A stretch of 31,282 nucleotides of DNA. It comes from Thermoanaerobaculia bacterium (GTDB lineage: Bacteria > Acidobacteriota > Thermoanaerobaculia > Multivoradales > Multivoraceae). The position numbers and the translations under genes were made by a program. Below the pieces are notes generated by a model. The model saw only the letters and a list, made by a program, of their open reading frames with translations. It had not been told where the DNA came from and made no database searches. Positions within the stretch are counted from its first letter, which is position 1, and each line of letters opens with the position of its first letter. The stretch covers positions 1 through 31,282 of the forward strand of contig DATAFT010000484.1 in NCBI GenBank assembly GCA_036257295.1. Direction: 5' to 3'. Positions 16,088 through 24,557 of this stretch are shown here, piece after piece.

Positions 16088-17005
16088 TCAATGCGCCCGC
16101 GCCAGCAGCCACGCTTTCATGGTCGACGACACCAGCTCGGAGGCCTCCGACTGCACCCAGTGGCCGGACGAAGGAACCGTCACCAGCGTGTAGTCGGCCG
16201 CGATCCAGTCCCAGGTGTTCTTCAGCCCGTCCTTGTCGACCGCGCTGTCCTTCAGGCCGTGGAACTGCAGCACCGGCATCGGCAGATTCGGCAGCTCGAC
16301 GCCAGCGCCACCCACCTGGCCATAGTTGGCCCGGTAGTAGTTGAGCATGCCGTCGTAGGACGAGCGGCCGAACGCTTCGCGGTAGCGACCGCCGATCACC
16401 GACCCGAAGCGGTCGCCCATCGCCAGGATGCGGTCGGGCACCGGCGAGCCGTCGGGCTGTGAGGAGGCGAAGCGGCGGGCGTACTCGGTGTTGGCGCGCT
16501 GGGCGTCGGTCGGGTTCGCCACCACCGCCGCATACCCGCGCGGGTGCGTGAGGTTGAGGATGATCAGCCGCTCGACGCTCTCCGGGTGCGCCATCGCGAA
16601 GCGCCAGGCGATGGCGCCGCCCCAGTCGTGTCCGACCAGGGTCACCTTCCCGCCCAGGTCGCGCACCACGGCGGCGACGTCGTCGAGGATCAGAGGCAGG
16701 CGGTAGTTCTCGATGCCGGCGGGCTGGTCGCTCTGGTTATAGCCGCGCAGATCGATCGCCGCCGTCCGGAAGTCCCCCGAGAGCGCCGCCATCTGGTCGC
16801 GCCAGCTGTACCAGAAGTCGGGGAAGCCGTGGAGGAAGAGGACGGTCGGGCCCGATCCGAGCGTGACGTAATGGATCTTGACGCCCTGATTCTGGGCGAA
16901 GTGGTGCTCGACCTCGTCCCAGACGTCGACCGCATCGGCGGCCCAGACCGGCGCCGCCAGAGTCGACAGCAGGGCCAGCGTCGGGATTCGTAACGCGCGC
17001 CGCAT
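16088..17005 (-). CDS. Exported alpha/beta hydrolase, epoxide hydrolase/dehalogenase-like
   Basis: GGAGG RBS, ATG 17005, signal peptide (..APVWA/AD), HGFP, DLRGYN.SD, GHDWGG (Asp nucleophile), HGLKD, GHWV. Confidence 0.87.
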   Translation of the reverse strand: MRRALRIPTLALLSTLAAPVWAADAVDVWDEVEHHFAQNQGVKIHYVTLGSGPTVLFLHGFPDFWYSWRDQMAALSGDFRTAAIDLRGYNQSDQPAGIENYRLPLILDDVAAVVRDLGGKVTLVGHDWGGAIAWRFAMAHPESVERLIILNLTHPRGYAAVVANPTDAQRANTEYARRFASSQPDGSPVPDRILAMGDRFGSVIGGRYREAFGRSSYDGMLNYYRANYGQVGGAGVELPNLPMPVLQFHGLKDSAVDKDGLKNTWDWIAADYTLVTVPSSGHWVQSEASELVSSTMKAWLLARAH

Positions 17006-17047
17006 GATGCCTCCTTCTCCCCTATGGGCTGCCAGTCTATGGGAGGA

Positions 17048-17142
17048 TGGGCGCCGTCCGCGGCGCCAACGACATCGGCCCAAAAGGCGTGGTAACCACC
17101 ACGCTCCTTTTGGGCGCCGTCCGCGGCGCCAACGACATCGGC
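17048..17142. repeat. Two 32-bp direct repeats (17048-17079, 17111-17142) around a palindromic 31-bp spacer; REP/BIME-like
   Basis: tgggcgccgtccgcggcgccaacgacatcggc occurs twice. gcccaaaagg/ccttttgggc and cgtggt/accacg can form a long hairpin. Confidence 0.8.
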
Positions 17143-17229
17143 GCGGCCGATAGTTGTAAAACAGTGAAACAGGCGTCATGGTCGGCGCGTATTTAATGGA
17201 AACCGCCGTCTGACGGGGGAACTGTAGCC

Positions 17230-18789
17230 ATGGTCGAACGTCAAGCCCTGCTCTCGACTCTCGCCGTCTTCGCGCTCCTCGGAGGGGCTCCGCTGCTCGC
17301 CGCCACCGCGGCTGACGCCGGCCCCACCTACAACCGGGAGGTCGCACCGATCCTGGCTTCGAAGTGCGTCTCCTGCCATCGGCCGAACCAGATCGGGCCG
17401 ATGTCGCTGCTCACCTACGACGAGGTTCGCCCCTGGGCGAAGTCGATCGCCAAGAACGTCCAGGACGGGACCATGCCGCCCTGGCACGCCGATCCGTCGT
17501 TCGGCCACTTCGCCAACGACCGGCGCCTCGCCTCGGCCGAGGTCGACACGTTGCTGCGCTGGGTCCAGAGCGGCGCGCCCGAGGGGGACCCCGCCGACCG
17601 TCCCGCGCCCCCGACCTTCGCCGACGACGAGTGGATCCTGGGCGAGCCCGATCTGGTGGTGACGCTCGAAGAGGTTCCGATCCCCGCCGGCAAGTCCGAC
17701 GTGTTCCCCAAGCTGATCGGCCGCGTCATGCTGCCCGAGGATCGCTGGATTCAGGCGGTCGAGTTCCGGCCGGGCAATCGCAAGGTCCTTCACCACATCA
17801 TCGCGTTCCAGGTCAAAGGTTTCGGGGAGCCGGACCTCCAGGGCGGTTGGCTGGGCGCCTGGGCGGCCGGCACCGATCCCATGGTGTTTCCGCCCGGAAC
17901 CGGACGCCTGCTGGAGAAGGGCGCCAACATCCTGGCCGATATGCACTACCACCCCGTCGACACCGATCAGAAGGACACCACGCGCATCGGCATCCACTTC
18001 GTCGACGGCGCGGTGGACAAGGAGCTGGTCAACATCTGGGTGCAGAACGACGACTTCGAGATCCCCGCCGGCGCCAAGAGCCACCAAGTGGTCTCGAACT
18101 ACAAGTTCTGGCAGAGCGGCAAGATCATGGGGCTGATACCCCACATGCACTACCGCGGCGCCGACTTCAAGTTCACCGCCTACTACCCCGACGGACGCCA
18201 GGAAGTGCTGCTCAGCGTCCCGCGCTGGGACTTCAACTGGCAGACCAACTACGCGCTGGCGCAGCCGCTCACGGTGCCCGCCGGAACCCGGGTCGAGTGC
18301 ATCGCCCACTACGACAACTCCGCCGACAACCCGGTCAATCCCGATCCGACCCGCAACGTCCCGTTCGGGCTCGAGTCCTACGACGAGATGATGATCGGCT
18401 TCGTCGACTTCGTCGTCGACGACGGCATCCGCCCCAAGGAGCCGCAGCAGATCCGCACCGAGATGCTGCACCAGCTCGGGCGCTCCCATCCCGGTGAGGT
18501 CTACGCCGTCCACGCCGGCAAGCCCGAGTTCACCGCGCCGCTGTACCTGCCGAAGCAAGGCGACGGCGTCTTCTTCGTGATCTTCGACGGCCAGTTGATG
18601 GACGCGCGCGTGAGCGACATCCAGTGGGACGGCGCGTCGTTCACGGCCAAGGTCGCGGGGCCCAACGGCGAGGCCATCCCGCTCGCCGGCCGGCTCGGCG
18701 ACGGCGGCGCGATCGAAACCACGCTCGGTGAGCGCGCCTTCAACGGCGCGGTCTACTCGAACAGCGCTCCCGCAGCATCGGGTCGCTAG
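17230..18789 (+). CDS. Exported cytochrome c (CxxCH) fused to a copper type II ascorbate-dependent monooxygenase-like (PHM/DBH-like) domain
   Basis: Signal peptide; KCVSCH at 17362-17379; LHHII plus MHYHP (CuH ligands); PHMHYRG plus DEMM (CuM ligands). Confidence 0.78.
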   Translation: MVERQALLSTLAVFALLGGAPLLAATAADAGPTYNREVAPILASKCVSCHRPNQIGPMSLLTYDEVRPWAKSIAKNVQDGTMPPWHADPSFGHFANDRRLASAEVDTLLRWVQSGAPEGDPADRPAPPTFADDEWILGEPDLVVTLEEVPIPAGKSDVFPKLIGRVMLPEDRWIQAVEFRPGNRKVLHHIIAFQVKGFGEPDLQGGWLGAWAAGTDPMVFPPGTGRLLEKGANILADMHYHPVDTDQKDTTRIGIHFVDGAVDKELVNIWVQNDDFEIPAGAKSHQVVSNYKFWQSGKIMGLIPHMHYRGADFKFTAYYPDGRQEVLLSVPRWDFNWQTNYALAQPLTVPAGTRVECIAHYDNSADNPVNPDPTRNVPFGLESYDEMMIGFVDFVVDDGIRPKEPQQIRTEMLHQLGRSHPGEVYAVHAGKPEFTAPLYLPKQGDGVFFVIFDGQLMDARVSDIQWDGASFTAKVAGPNGEAIPLAGRLGDGGAIETTLGERAFNGAVYSNSAPAASGR

Positions 18790-18936
18790 CGACGGCTGAC
18801 GCTGTCGACGAGCGACCGACTTGGTAGGGCTCGTTGAGTCCAGGCGGCCGTTTCTGCGCGCAGAGGGCCCTTCCTAGGATGGCCATGCTTCGATAAGTTC
18901 GACGGGCAACTGGACCTCGACGCCCGCTCGACGCCC

Positions 18937-20328
18937 TTGCTCACTCCCGCAGACCTCGCCCGCTCCATGCGCCTCGGCGTGGTCGAGGGCGTGTGCTGGG
19001 CGATCATGATCGGCTTCGGCGAGACCTACTTCCTCGCCAACGCGCTTCGGCTCGGCGCCTCGACCCTCGAACAGGCGTTGGTGGTCACGCTGCCGCTGGC
19101 GCTGGGGGCGATCGGCCCGCTGATCTCGCTGCGCCTCCTCTACCGGGCGCCGCGGCGCCGGCCGGTGGTGGTGGTGCTCACCGCGCTGCAGTCGGCTGTC
19201 CTGCTCGTGATGGCTGGGTCGGACGCCGCCGGCACGCTCCGGCCGCAGGGCCTGATCGCGCTCTCCTGCCTCTACCAGATGTGCAGCCAGGGCTCGAACA
19301 CCGCGTGGAGCTCGTGGTACGGCGACCTGGTGCCGCCCGACCTGCGCGGCCGCTACTTCGCGCGGCGCAACCGCGCCGTTCACATCTCGACCGCCGGAGC
19401 GGTGTTGGTGGCCGGTCTGTTGCTGCAGCGGCTCGAGCCCACCGCGCTGATCCAGGCCGGCGGCGGCGCCGGGTTCCGCGTCATCCTCGTGCTCGCCGCC
19501 CTCGCCCGCGCCTCGTCGGCGGCGCTCCTCGCCCGCTCGCCGGAGCCGCCCTTCCGCGGCGTCGCCGGGCCGCGGCGCACCGCGCGCTTCCTGCGCACCG
19601 ATCGCGGCTCGGCGGCCTGGCGCCTGCTCGCGTTCGGCGCGGCGGTGCAGCTCGGAACCAACGTCGCCTCGCCCTACTTCGTGCCCTTCATGCTGCAGGA
19701 GCTGCGCCTCACCTACTTCGAGTACACGATGGCGACGCTCGCGGTGGTGGCAGCCAAGTCGATCTTTCTGCCGGCGTGGGGGCGCGTGGTCGACGGCCAC
19801 GGGCCGCGCGCGGTGTACCCGCTCGCGGCGCTCCTCACCGCGCTGATACCGATTCCATTCATCCTGAGCCACGGCATCGTCCTGGTGCTGGTCGGCCAGA
19901 TGCTCTCGGGCATGGCGTGGGCGGGCTACGAGCTCTCGTTCTTCTCGCTGATCCTGGAGTCGAGCTACCGGCGCACGCGCATGCCGATGGTGGCGGCGCA
20001 GAACGTCTTCAACGGCTCGGCGCAGCTCGCCGGCGGTCTGCTCGGCGCCCTGCTGCTGGGCGCCACCGACAGCCGCCGCGTGGTGTTCGCCGCCAGCGTC
20101 GGCGCGCGCATGCTGCTCTCGCTGCTGGCGCCGTTCCTGCTCATCCGCCTGCTGGGAGAGGCTCGACCGCGGCGGAGCGAGCTCCTATTGCGAGTCATCG
20201 GCCTTCGACCGGACACCGGTCTCGTGCACCGGCCGATCGTCGAGACCGAGGACGAGGAAGCGGCGGCCGACCCCGGCACCGAGGAAGGACGGGCGCAGAA
20301 CCGCCGGGAAGAGCTGGTGAGGCGGTAG
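18937..20328 (+). CDS. MFS transporter (about 12 TM); start uncertain
   Basis: Repeated hydrophobic helices; W.SWYGDLVP..LRGRYFARRN; WGRVVDGHGPR motif-A-like. The track start is TTG 18937; an out-of-frame ATG at 18885 is noted. Confidence 0.8.
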   Translation: MLTPADLARSMRLGVVEGVCWAIMIGFGETYFLANALRLGASTLEQALVVTLPLALGAIGPLISLRLLYRAPRRRPVVVVLTALQSAVLLVMAGSDAAGTLRPQGLIALSCLYQMCSQGSNTAWSSWYGDLVPPDLRGRYFARRNRAVHISTAGAVLVAGLLLQRLEPTALIQAGGGAGFRVILVLAALARASSAALLARSPEPPFRGVAGPRRTARFLRTDRGSAAWRLLAFGAAVQLGTNVASPYFVPFMLQELRLTYFEYTMATLAVVAAKSIFLPAWGRVVDGHGPRAVYPLAALLTALIPIPFILSHGIVLVLVGQMLSGMAWAGYELSFFSLILESSYRRTRMPMVAAQNVFNGSAQLAGGLLGALLLGATDSRRVVFAASVGARMLLSLLAPFLLIRLLGEARPRRSELLLRVIGLRPDTGLVHRPIVETEDEEAAADPGTEEGRAQNRREELVRR

Positions 20329-20419
20329 TAACCTAGCGGCCGAACCGCCTAAGCACTGACCAGCCCCATTCAGGGGCGACCAGATCTTGGACGCTTCGAT
20401 CGAACCAGGAGATACGAAC

Positions 20420-22069
20420 ATGGCCAGAACGATCGGCTTGCTAGCCCTTTCGGTCCTGCTCCTCGGCGGGCTCGGAGCGCCGGCCCTCGCCGACGGGGGT
20501 CACAGCCACGGCCCGCATCTGATGGACGACTTCGACCTCCACCACCACGACATCACCACCAAGTCGAAGGAAGCGCAACGCTTCTTCGACCAGGGACTGA
20601 CGCTCGCGTTCGGGTTCAACCACGGCGAGGCCGCCGCCTCGTTCCGCCACGCCGCCGAGCTCGATCCCCAGTGCGCGATGTGCTACTGGGGCGTCGCCTA
20701 CTCGCTCGGACCCAACATCAACGCCCCCTACGATCCGGCGGCCCAGCCCGAGATCCGCCAGACGATGGACAAGGCGCTGGAGCTCGCGCCCAAGGCGAGC
20801 GTGCGCGAGCAAGCCATGATCAAGGCGCTCGCCGAGCGCTACGGCACCGACGCCGCCGCCGATCGCGCGCCGTTCGATCAGGCCTACGCCGCGGCGATGC
20901 GCCGCGTCTCGCTGCGTTTCCCGGACGACAACGACGCCGCCACCCTGTTCGCCGAGGCGGTGATGGACACCATGCCCTGGGACTACTGGGCGCCGGACGG
21001 TCTGCCCAAGCAGGGCACGCAGGAGTTCATCGACACGCTGACGCGCGTGCTCAAGCGCGATCCCGATCACGTCGGCGCCACCCACTTCCTGATCCACGCG
21101 GTCGAGAAGACGCGGCCCGAGCTCGGCGTCCCCGCCGCCGACGAGCTGGCGAAGCTGCCCGACGGCGCTCCCGGCCATCTCATCCACATGGCGTCGCACA
21201 TCTACATCCGCGTCGGGCGCTACGACGACGCGGTGCGTTCGAACCAGCGCGCGATCGCGGCGGACGAGGCCTACCGAGCCGAGCACGGCGCCCCGGAGTT
21301 CTACGCGGCGATGTACATGCCGCACAACCGTCACATGCTGTGGGCATCGGCCAGTCTCGACGGACGCAGCGCGATCGCGACGGAGACCGCGCGCGGGCTC
21401 GCCGACTACACCAAGGACATGCTGCGGCATCCGGCGATGGCGGTGGGAGCGCAGCACTTCTGGCTGTCGCCGCTCTATGCGATGGTGCGTTGGGGCCAGT
21501 GGAACGACATCCTCGCCGTTCCCGAGCCCGCGGCCGACCTCGTCTATCCGCGCGCGGTGTGGCGCTACGCGCAAGGTTTGGCGTCGCTGCGCACCGGCAA
21601 GGCCGCCGAAGCGCAGGCGCACGCCGACGCGCTGCGTCAGACCGTCGACAGCGGCGCGCTCGACGCGCTGATGTACAACTTCAACTCGACGGCGAGCCTG
21701 ATGCGGATCGCCTCGAACGTGCTCGACGGCGAGATCCTCGCCGCCAAGGGTGACACGGCGGCGGCGGTCCAGCATCTGCAGAAGGCGATCGAGACCGAGG
21801 ACGCGCTGGTCTACGACGAGCCGCCGCCCTGGCACGTCCCGGCGCGCCAGAACCTCGGCGCCGTGCTCCTCGCCGCCGGCAAGCCGGCCGAAGCGGAGGC
21901 GGTCTATCGTGCCGACCTCGACGTCTATCCGTGGAATGGATGGTCGCTCTACGGTCTGGCGGCGAGCTTCGACGCGCAGGGCAAGGCCAAGGAAGCGGCG
22001 CAGGCGCACGACCGCTTCGTGCGGGCGTGGAAGCGAGCCGACGTCGAGCTCGAGTCTTCTCGCTTCTGA
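20420..22069 (+). CDS. Exported TPR-like helical-repeat protein of unknown function, His-rich
   Basis: AGGAG RBS, ATG 20420, signal peptide; AQRFFDQGL.L.FGFNH.EA..SF..A, CAMCYWG.A..LGPNIN, HFLIHAVE, HLIHMASHIY, P.NGWSL.GL. Confidence 0.75.
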   Translation: MARTIGLLALSVLLLGGLGAPALADGGHSHGPHLMDDFDLHHHDITTKSKEAQRFFDQGLTLAFGFNHGEAAASFRHAAELDPQCAMCYWGVAYSLGPNINAPYDPAAQPEIRQTMDKALELAPKASVREQAMIKALAERYGTDAAADRAPFDQAYAAAMRRVSLRFPDDNDAATLFAEAVMDTMPWDYWAPDGLPKQGTQEFIDTLTRVLKRDPDHVGATHFLIHAVEKTRPELGVPAADELAKLPDGAPGHLIHMASHIYIRVGRYDDAVRSNQRAIAADEAYRAEHGAPEFYAAMYMPHNRHMLWASASLDGRSAIATETARGLADYTKDMLRHPAMAVGAQHFWLSPLYAMVRWGQWNDILAVPEPAADLVYPRAVWRYAQGLASLRTGKAAEAQAHADALRQTVDSGALDALMYNFNSTASLMRIASNVLDGEILAAKGDTAAAVQHLQKAIETEDALVYDEPPPWHVPARQNLGAVLLAAGKPAEAEAVYRADLDVYPWNGWSLYGLAASFDAQGKAKEAAQAHDRFVRAWKRADVELESSRF

Positions 22070-22071
22070 AG

Positions 22072-22092
22072 GGGAGCAGCTCGTCTGCTCCC
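22072..22092. terminator. Possible hairpin terminator between convergent genes
   Basis: gggagcag-ctcgt-ctgctccc forms an 8-bp stem in the 33-bp gap; there is no clear U-tract. Confidence 0.35.
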
Positions 22093-22102
22093 GGGCTCCT
22101 AT

Positions 22103-24556
22103 TCAGACGTCCGGAGTGGACCGCGCTGGCACCGGCGCGGTCCACTGTCCCCCCCACCCGCGGTGCAGGTCGTGCAGGAACGCCTTCCAGTCGGCAGCGG
22201 TCCGCGACGGCGGATAGGGCTCCGGCGCCTCGGGTGCGGCAGCGGTCCACACCACCTCGAAGCGACCATCGGGTCGCACGCGACCGATGCGCGGCGTCTT
22301 CCACAGATGCTGGGTCTCGGCGTCGACCCGCACGTCGCCCCCGGGCGAGCGCAGCCGCTGGTTGCGCATGGCGTTGCGGATGTCGCGCGGTGTCGTGCTC
22401 TTCGCCTCCTCGATCGCCTTGGCCCACAGCTTGACACCGGTGTAAGCCGCCTCCATCGGGTCGGTCAGCACGCGCTGCTGGCCGTAGCGATGGCGAAAGG
22501 CACGTAGGAACTCGTGGTTCTCGGGAGTGTCGATGCTCTGGAAGTAGGTCCACGCGGCGTAGTCGCCCACCATCTCGTCGATATCGAGGCGGCGGAGCTG
22601 CTCCTCGCTGACGCTGAACGACAGCGTGGGGGTGTCCTCGCTTCTCACACCGGCCGCGCGCAGCTCGTGAAAGAACGTGATGTTGGTCGAGCCGTTGATG
22701 GTGTTCAAGATCATGTCCGGCTTGGCCGCCACGATCTGCTCGATCGCCGGTTGGACGCGCGTCGAGCCGAACGGTATGTAGGTCTCGCCCACCACCTGGG
22801 CGTCCGCCAGTCCCGCGAGCGTGTCCCGGACGATGGCGTTGGCGGCATGCGGAAAAACGTAGTCGGATCCGACCAGGAAGAAGCGGCGCTTGCCGAGACT
22901 GGTGTAGGCCCACTCGACCGCGGGGAGGATCTGTTGGTTCGGCGCCGCACCGGTGTAGATCACCGCCGGCGACTGCTCGATCCCCTCGTACTGGACCGGG
23001 TACATCAGCAGGTTGTCGCGCGCCTCGAACAACGGGACGACGGTACGGCGGCTCGAGGACGTCCAGCAGCCGAACACGGTGACCACGTGCTCGTCGTCGA
23101 TCAGGCGCTCGGCCTCGCGAGCGAAGGTGGCCGGGTCGGAGCGGCCGTCGACGACTATCGCCTCGACCGGGCGGCCGAGGACGCCTCCTGCGGCGTTCAG
23201 TTCTTCGACCGCGAGCAGCGTGGCGTCGACCACCGGCGATTCGGCGTCCGCCATGGTGCCGGTCAGTGAGTGCAGGATTCCGACTCGCACCGGAGGGCCG
23301 GTCGCCGCCACCACCGGTGCTGCGGCCTCGCGGTCCGCCCCGCCCGGTCCCCGCGCGACCCACAACACCGCGGCCACGATCGCGGCGGTGATGGCGGCCA
23401 CCAGCCCGAGCAGACGCAGTCGCCGGCCCAGCCGCCCCACGCCATCGCCGTCGCCGGCGTCGGCTGTGACCGAGCCGCTGCGCGACCGCGGCGTGGTCGT
23501 CGTCACCTCCCCGAGCTGGCTGGGTAGACCGAGCCGCACCGCGCCCGACAGCATGCCGCCGATCGCGTCGAGGTCTTGCAGCATCTCGCGCGCGCTTTGA
23601 TACCGGTGCTCGGGTTTCTTGGCCATCGCGCGCGCCACCACCGCGGCGCACGTTTCGGGCACCGCCGGGTTGATGCTGCGCGGGTTCGGCGGATCGGCGT
23701 GGCAATGCGCGAACATCACCTGCACCGCGCTGCCGCGGTCCTGGTAGGGCGCGGCGCCGGTGAGCATGGTGTAGTAGGCCGCCCCCAGCGAGTAGATGTC
23801 GCTGCGATGGTCGGCCGGCTCGGCGTTGCACTGCTCGGGGCTCATGTAATACGGCGTGCCGAGCACCTCTCCGGTGCGCGTCATGCCTCGCCCCGCCTCG
23901 AAGGTCTGCTTGGCGAGCCCGAAGTCGACGACCTTGACCACGCCTTCTTCGGTGAAGAGCAGGTTGGCCGGCTTGATGTCGCGATGCACGATGCCGGCCG
24001 TGTGCGCGGCCTGGAGGCCGCGGCAGGCGTCGGCGGCGGCGGTGGTGGCCTGCAGCGGAGTGAGGACGCCGCCGCGCGCCAACCGCTCCTCCACCGAGCC
24101 GCCGGTGATGAGCTCCATCGCCAGGTAGTACTGGCCCTCCTGTTGACCGACTTCGTAGATCGCGGCCGCGTTGGCGTGCTGGAGGCGGGCCGCCGACTTC
24201 GCCTCGGCCAGGAAGCGATCGAGGTAGGACGAGTCGGTCGAGAGCTCGAGGGGCAGCAGCTTGATGGCGACGTCGCGATCGAGCGTGTCGTCATGGCCGC
24301 GGTAGACGACCCCCATGCCGCCGCCGCCGATGCGGTCGAGGATCGTGTACTTGCCGAGCCGCCGGCCTTCCCACGGGTCCTGCCACGGACCGCCGGGCGG
24401 CGGTCCGGTCACGCCCGGAGGCGCGCCCGGCTGACGCGAGATGTGTACGGTGCGATCGAGCGCAGGGCTCGCCTCCGGAGCGCGGTCCGCAGGCGCTCCC
24501 GGGCCCGTGCCATCGCCGCGGCGCTGATCCGGAGGCTTCTGGTCCTGCGGCGCCAT
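22103..24556 (-). CDS. Hanks-type Ser/Thr kinase - TM - UrtA/AmiC-like urea/amide-binding domain fusion (817 aa)
   Basis: Kinase motifs IGGGGMGVVY, VAIK, HRDIKPAN, DFG, GTPYYMSPEQ; TM segment LLGLVAAITAAIVAAVLWV; then GILHSLTGTMA, FGCWTS, YPVQYEG, GSDYVFP, DPMEAAY and HLWKTPRIG typical of UrtA. ATG 24556 follows the upstream stop by 1 bp. Confidence 0.88.
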   Translation of the reverse strand: MAPQDQKPPDQRRGDGTGPGAPADRAPEASPALDRTVHISRQPGAPPGVTGPPPGGPWQDPWEGRRLGKYTILDRIGGGGMGVVYRGHDDTLDRDVAIKLLPLELSTDSSYLDRFLAEAKSAARLQHANAAAIYEVGQQEGQYYLAMELITGGSVEERLARGGVLTPLQATTAAADACRGLQAAHTAGIVHRDIKPANLLFTEEGVVKVVDFGLAKQTFEAGRGMTRTGEVLGTPYYMSPEQCNAEPADHRSDIYSLGAAYYTMLTGAAPYQDRGSAVQVMFAHCHADPPNPRSINPAVPETCAAVVARAMAKKPEHRYQSAREMLQDLDAIGGMLSGAVRLGLPSQLGEVTTTTPRSRSGSVTADAGDGDGVGRLGRRLRLLGLVAAITAAIVAAVLWVARGPGGADREAAAPVVAATGPPVRVGILHSLTGTMADAESPVVDATLLAVEELNAAGGVLGRPVEAIVVDGRSDPATFAREAERLIDDEHVVTVFGCWTSSSRRTVVPLFEARDNLLMYPVQYEGIEQSPAVIYTGAAPNQQILPAVEWAYTSLGKRRFFLVGSDYVFPHAANAIVRDTLAGLADAQVVGETYIPFGSTRVQPAIEQIVAAKPDMILNTINGSTNITFFHELRAAGVRSEDTPTLSFSVSEEQLRRLDIDEMVGDYAAWTYFQSIDTPENHEFLRAFRHRYGQQRVLTDPMEAAYTGVKLWAKAIEEAKSTTPRDIRNAMRNQRLRSPGGDVRVDAETQHLWKTPRIGRVRPDGRFEVVWTAAAPEAPEPYPPSRTAADWKAFLHDLHRGWGGQWTAPVPARSTPDV

Positions 24557-24557
24557 G

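Noticed and set aside
17048-17142. CRISPR mini-array (32-bp repeat, 31-bp spacer, 32-bp repeat)
   Set aside because: Only two repeats, the spacer is itself a palindrome that recurs at 30428-30446, and there is no cas gene or AT-rich leader in the window. Better explained as a REP-like module.
18875-18939. TAGGAT then ATG CTT CGA TAA upstream of the MFS: possible uORF or 1-nt frameshift hiding the real start (MFDKFDG...)
   Set aside because: Cannot be distinguished from chance or a single sequencing error without reads or homologues. The TTG at 18937 gives a full-length MFS.
17176-22009. Long antisense ORFs 17176-18558, 18874-19872 and 20441-22009
   Set aside because: Each mirrors a well-supported plus-strand gene and lacks family motifs.
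21681-23831. 716-aa minus-strand Arg/Gly/Ala-rich ORF
   Set aside because: Alternative frame of the kinase-UrtA gene and antisense to the TPR gene; low-complexity composition typical of GC-rich off-frames.
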